DNA of 63,733 bases, counting the filler, from Sphacelaria rigidula (Eukaryota): the NCBI GenBank assembly GCA_964200075.2. It is 7 parts of 7 records of this genome, joined end to end, with 100 filler letters (N's around TTAATTAATTAA, not from the genome) between each part and the next. Parts side by side here need not be neighbours in the genome. Positions count along the whole stretch, not along the records: positions 54,716 to 63,733 come from CAXNAA020009499.1; 6 more parts are not named here. One strand, 5' to 3'. Under the pieces are notes generated by a model, which was given only the letters and a program-made list of their open reading frames with translations, did no database searches and had not been told where the DNA came from. The stretch's first letter is position 1, and every line of letters begins with the position of its first letter. Position numbers and translations under genes: made by a program. Positions 61,349 to 63,733 of the stretch are shown one piece after another.

Positions 61349-62133
61349 GTAATCGATCGGTTGCCTACTTGCTTGCCTGTCGCACATTTCTGAGGCGTGC
61401 GGCCAATCCAGTCGTGATCAAAAAGATCCAAGGGAGTTGACGTGTGTCATGACGGCACTGCATGCCATGAATCATAGAATGTGAGTTCGAGTTATTATTG
61501 ACCAGTCTAATCCAGTCTAGTGCAATCCGACCCAGTTTAATCTTGGAATTTTCTGTTAAGATTTCAAAATCACGGGGTGTAGATTTTTTTTATCCCAAAG
61601 TTCATGTTCGATCGAGCTCCAATTTTAATGAGGAGTGTTTTGGGTGTTGAACAAAATTCTGAATTTTGTACAAGGCCGTTTCGGAGTATATTTTCTAAAG
61701 CTGTGAACTAGCGGCTCTGGTGACTGGAGTTTAACAATGTCACGCTAGGTGCCGGTTAATCGATGTCTTCGAAAAGACCCTCTCCGGCTGGTGAGGGGGG
61801 CGAGCGGCAACGCCGCCGGAGGCATAGTTGCAATGCAATACGCCTACACTTCACTCGGTACATTTTTGTCTTATGCGTCGATTGACATCTTGTGCAGAGT
61901 GTGCAGCATTGGTCTTCCGATGTGTTGTGTTTGCTTGCTATGGCTGGACACATGGACGCAACCATCACTGTTCGGTTTCTAAATCGCGGAGGAGATTCTG
62001 TTCAAGTTGTTCGGAGGTGTTCGTTGTCACTTTCCATCATCATACGTGAGGGGCATTCCCCAGATGTTAATTTTTGTATGTTGCTGTTGTGTACTTTCCG
62101 TTCATGTTTGTGACGGGAACGACTAAACAAAAG

Positions 62134-62247
62134 GGCCCGGAGATCCGAAGCGGGTTCCTCGCAGATGGCAAGAAGACTGCCGAGCTGAAGAGGGGGGATG
62201 AGCTGGAGCTCACAACGGACTACGAATTTTTGGGCGACAGTAAAAAG
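62134..62247 (+). CDS. PK: Pyruvate kinase exon 3
   Basis: GPEIRSGFLADGKKTAELKRGDELELTTDYEFLGDSKK completes the conserved DTKGPEIR motif across the intron. Confidence 0.95.
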
Positions 62248-62443
62248 GTGGGAGGGCGTGGGTGACAGGCCAAATCTGCCCGGGGGGGGGGGGGGGGGGG
62301 GGGGGGGGGTTTTGTATTTTTTCTGGGTTGTTTTCTTTTTTTTTTTTTTTTTGTTTTTTTTTTTTTTGTTTTTTTTTTTGTTTTTTGTNNNNNNNNNNGG
62401 GGGTGGGAGGGGTGGGCGGGGTGGGGGGGGGGGGGGGGGGGCT

Positions 62444-62478
<35 letters not shown>

Positions 62479-63578
62479 CGAGTGTTGTACTGTATCTGAA
62501 TGCGTTCCGTGTGTTCTTCGTTTGTGGCTGTGCTTCCATTGTTTGGATTTTGGATTTTCGCACGTACGTCCTGGGGGAGAGATGGGATGATCCCTTGAGA
62601 TCAAGGACTCGTCCCGAGAAAGGGGAGGAGTACAAATACGACAAGAAAAAAAGGAACCGGACAAAGGATGTTCTTTCGTTAGATATTTGGTCTAGAACAC
62701 GTCATGCTGTACGTACATCGGTAGAGGTGTCGTGTCAACGGGTGAGGAAGTTATTCTGAGGTGTTACACGGAAAAAAAATGGCACATTGTTTTGATGTAA
62801 ATACGCGAATGCTATACACGGTCGTGTTGGCCTGTTTTCACGTGTGTCTGGGTTTCATGACTTGCACTGCAGCCACAAGACGCTGGCATGTGCGTGCGAG
62901 TATGGTCGTTTGTGCATTGGTTTGTGTGTGTTTGAATTCCGATGCGCCACTTGGTGTAGCGCCATGACTGCATATTGTTGCTCCCACTACGGTAAGGATC
63001 CCAAACCCTTGGTGGGGAAGGGATTTTAGCCTGATGGATATCGACGTTGCCTTGTGTCAATGGGTCCTTACATCTGGCCGTTCTTGGAAAAGCTGCAACT
63101 TCCCCCCGCCCCCCCCCCCCCCCCCCCCCCTCATCGACCCGCCCCACCCACTTCACGTTAGCTCCATTACCCCCAATNNNNNNNNNNTGGCCTTTGTTAA
63201 TGGGTCCTTTTATCTTGGCGTTTTTTGGAAAACTGCCAACCCCCCCCCCCCCCCCCCCCCCCCCCGTTCTGCGTTGCATTTGATTAAATAGGAAAATACC
63301 TGTACATCCAATGGTATCCCCACTTTTTTGTGTGTCTGAACGCGCGCACACGTTTGTCTACATTGTTCGTTCAACTTTACCTACTCCATACCCATACCAC
63401 GACGTGCGAACCGATCCATGATGGTCGTGTGACTTGGGTGGGTGGATGACCGATTATCGACAACGGTTGAGATGACTGTCGACACCTTCATATATTTATC
63501 TCCCTTTATTCCCTTCCCCCCACCCGTCGCCTCTTCCCGGAATGCTCGCCTGAAAAAACACGAAAAAAAACAAAAAAG

Positions 63579-63682
63579 ATCGCTTGCTCGTACAAGTCTT
63601 TGCCGACCTCGGTACAAAAGGGGAGCAAGATCCTCGTCGCCGACGGGTCTTTGGTGCTAACCGTCAAGGAGTGCAAGGAAAC
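63579..63682 (+). CDS. PK: Pyruvate kinase exon 4 (gene continues beyond the window)
   Basis: IACSYKSLPTSVQKGSKILVADGSLVLTVKECKE matches the B-domain motif; AAG| acceptor and |GTGAGT donor. Confidence 0.93.
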
Positions 63683-63733
63683 GTGAGTTTCGTTGAAAAA
63701 ACAAGATGCGAGTTTTTTTTTTTTTGCGTGTTG

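Noticed and set aside
62280-62480. Proline/glycine/lysine-rich ORFs and a G-quadruplex cluster (also 27359-27421 and 63100-63265)
   Set aside because: They are homopolymer runs beside N gaps, likely low-quality sequence; the 62-63 kb runs lie in pyruvate kinase intron 3.

Overview
Eukaryotic, repeat-rich genomic DNA, most consistent with a brown alga (Phaeophyceae/stramenopile): it has an EsV-1-7 repeat gene, long introns with A-rich acceptors, and retroelements resembling those of brown algae. The window is not one locus. Six identical 100-nt spacers (N44-TTAATTAATTAA-N44) join seven scaffolds of 9020, 9019 (x5) and 9018 nt, which looks like a size-sorted concatenation, so nothing can be inferred from adjacency across spacers. 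Supported content: (1) a degenerate Ty3/Gypsy retrotransposon (gag, protease, RT, RNase H, integrase, chromodomain, an extra Tudor-like C-terminal module and a probable 3' LTR) carrying a nested 248-bp solo-LTR-like insertion; (2) an uninterrupted ORF with 13 EsV-1-7 Cys/His repeats; (3) the first four exons of a pyruvate kinase gene; (4) the catalytic exon of a GH16 beta-glucanase; (5) candidate exons of unidentified genes; (6) many non-autonomous elements, including LINE 3' fragments ending in oligo-C, tRNA-derived SINEs, piggyBac-like and mariner-like MITEs, a ~2.2-kb TIR element embedded in microsatellites, and two ~190-200-bp tandem arrays. No CRISPR array, rRNA or genuine tRNA gene was seen. 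The best leads are the modular EsV-1-7 array, the chromo plus Tudor-like integrase tail, the microsatellite-associated TIR element and the C-tailed LINEs.
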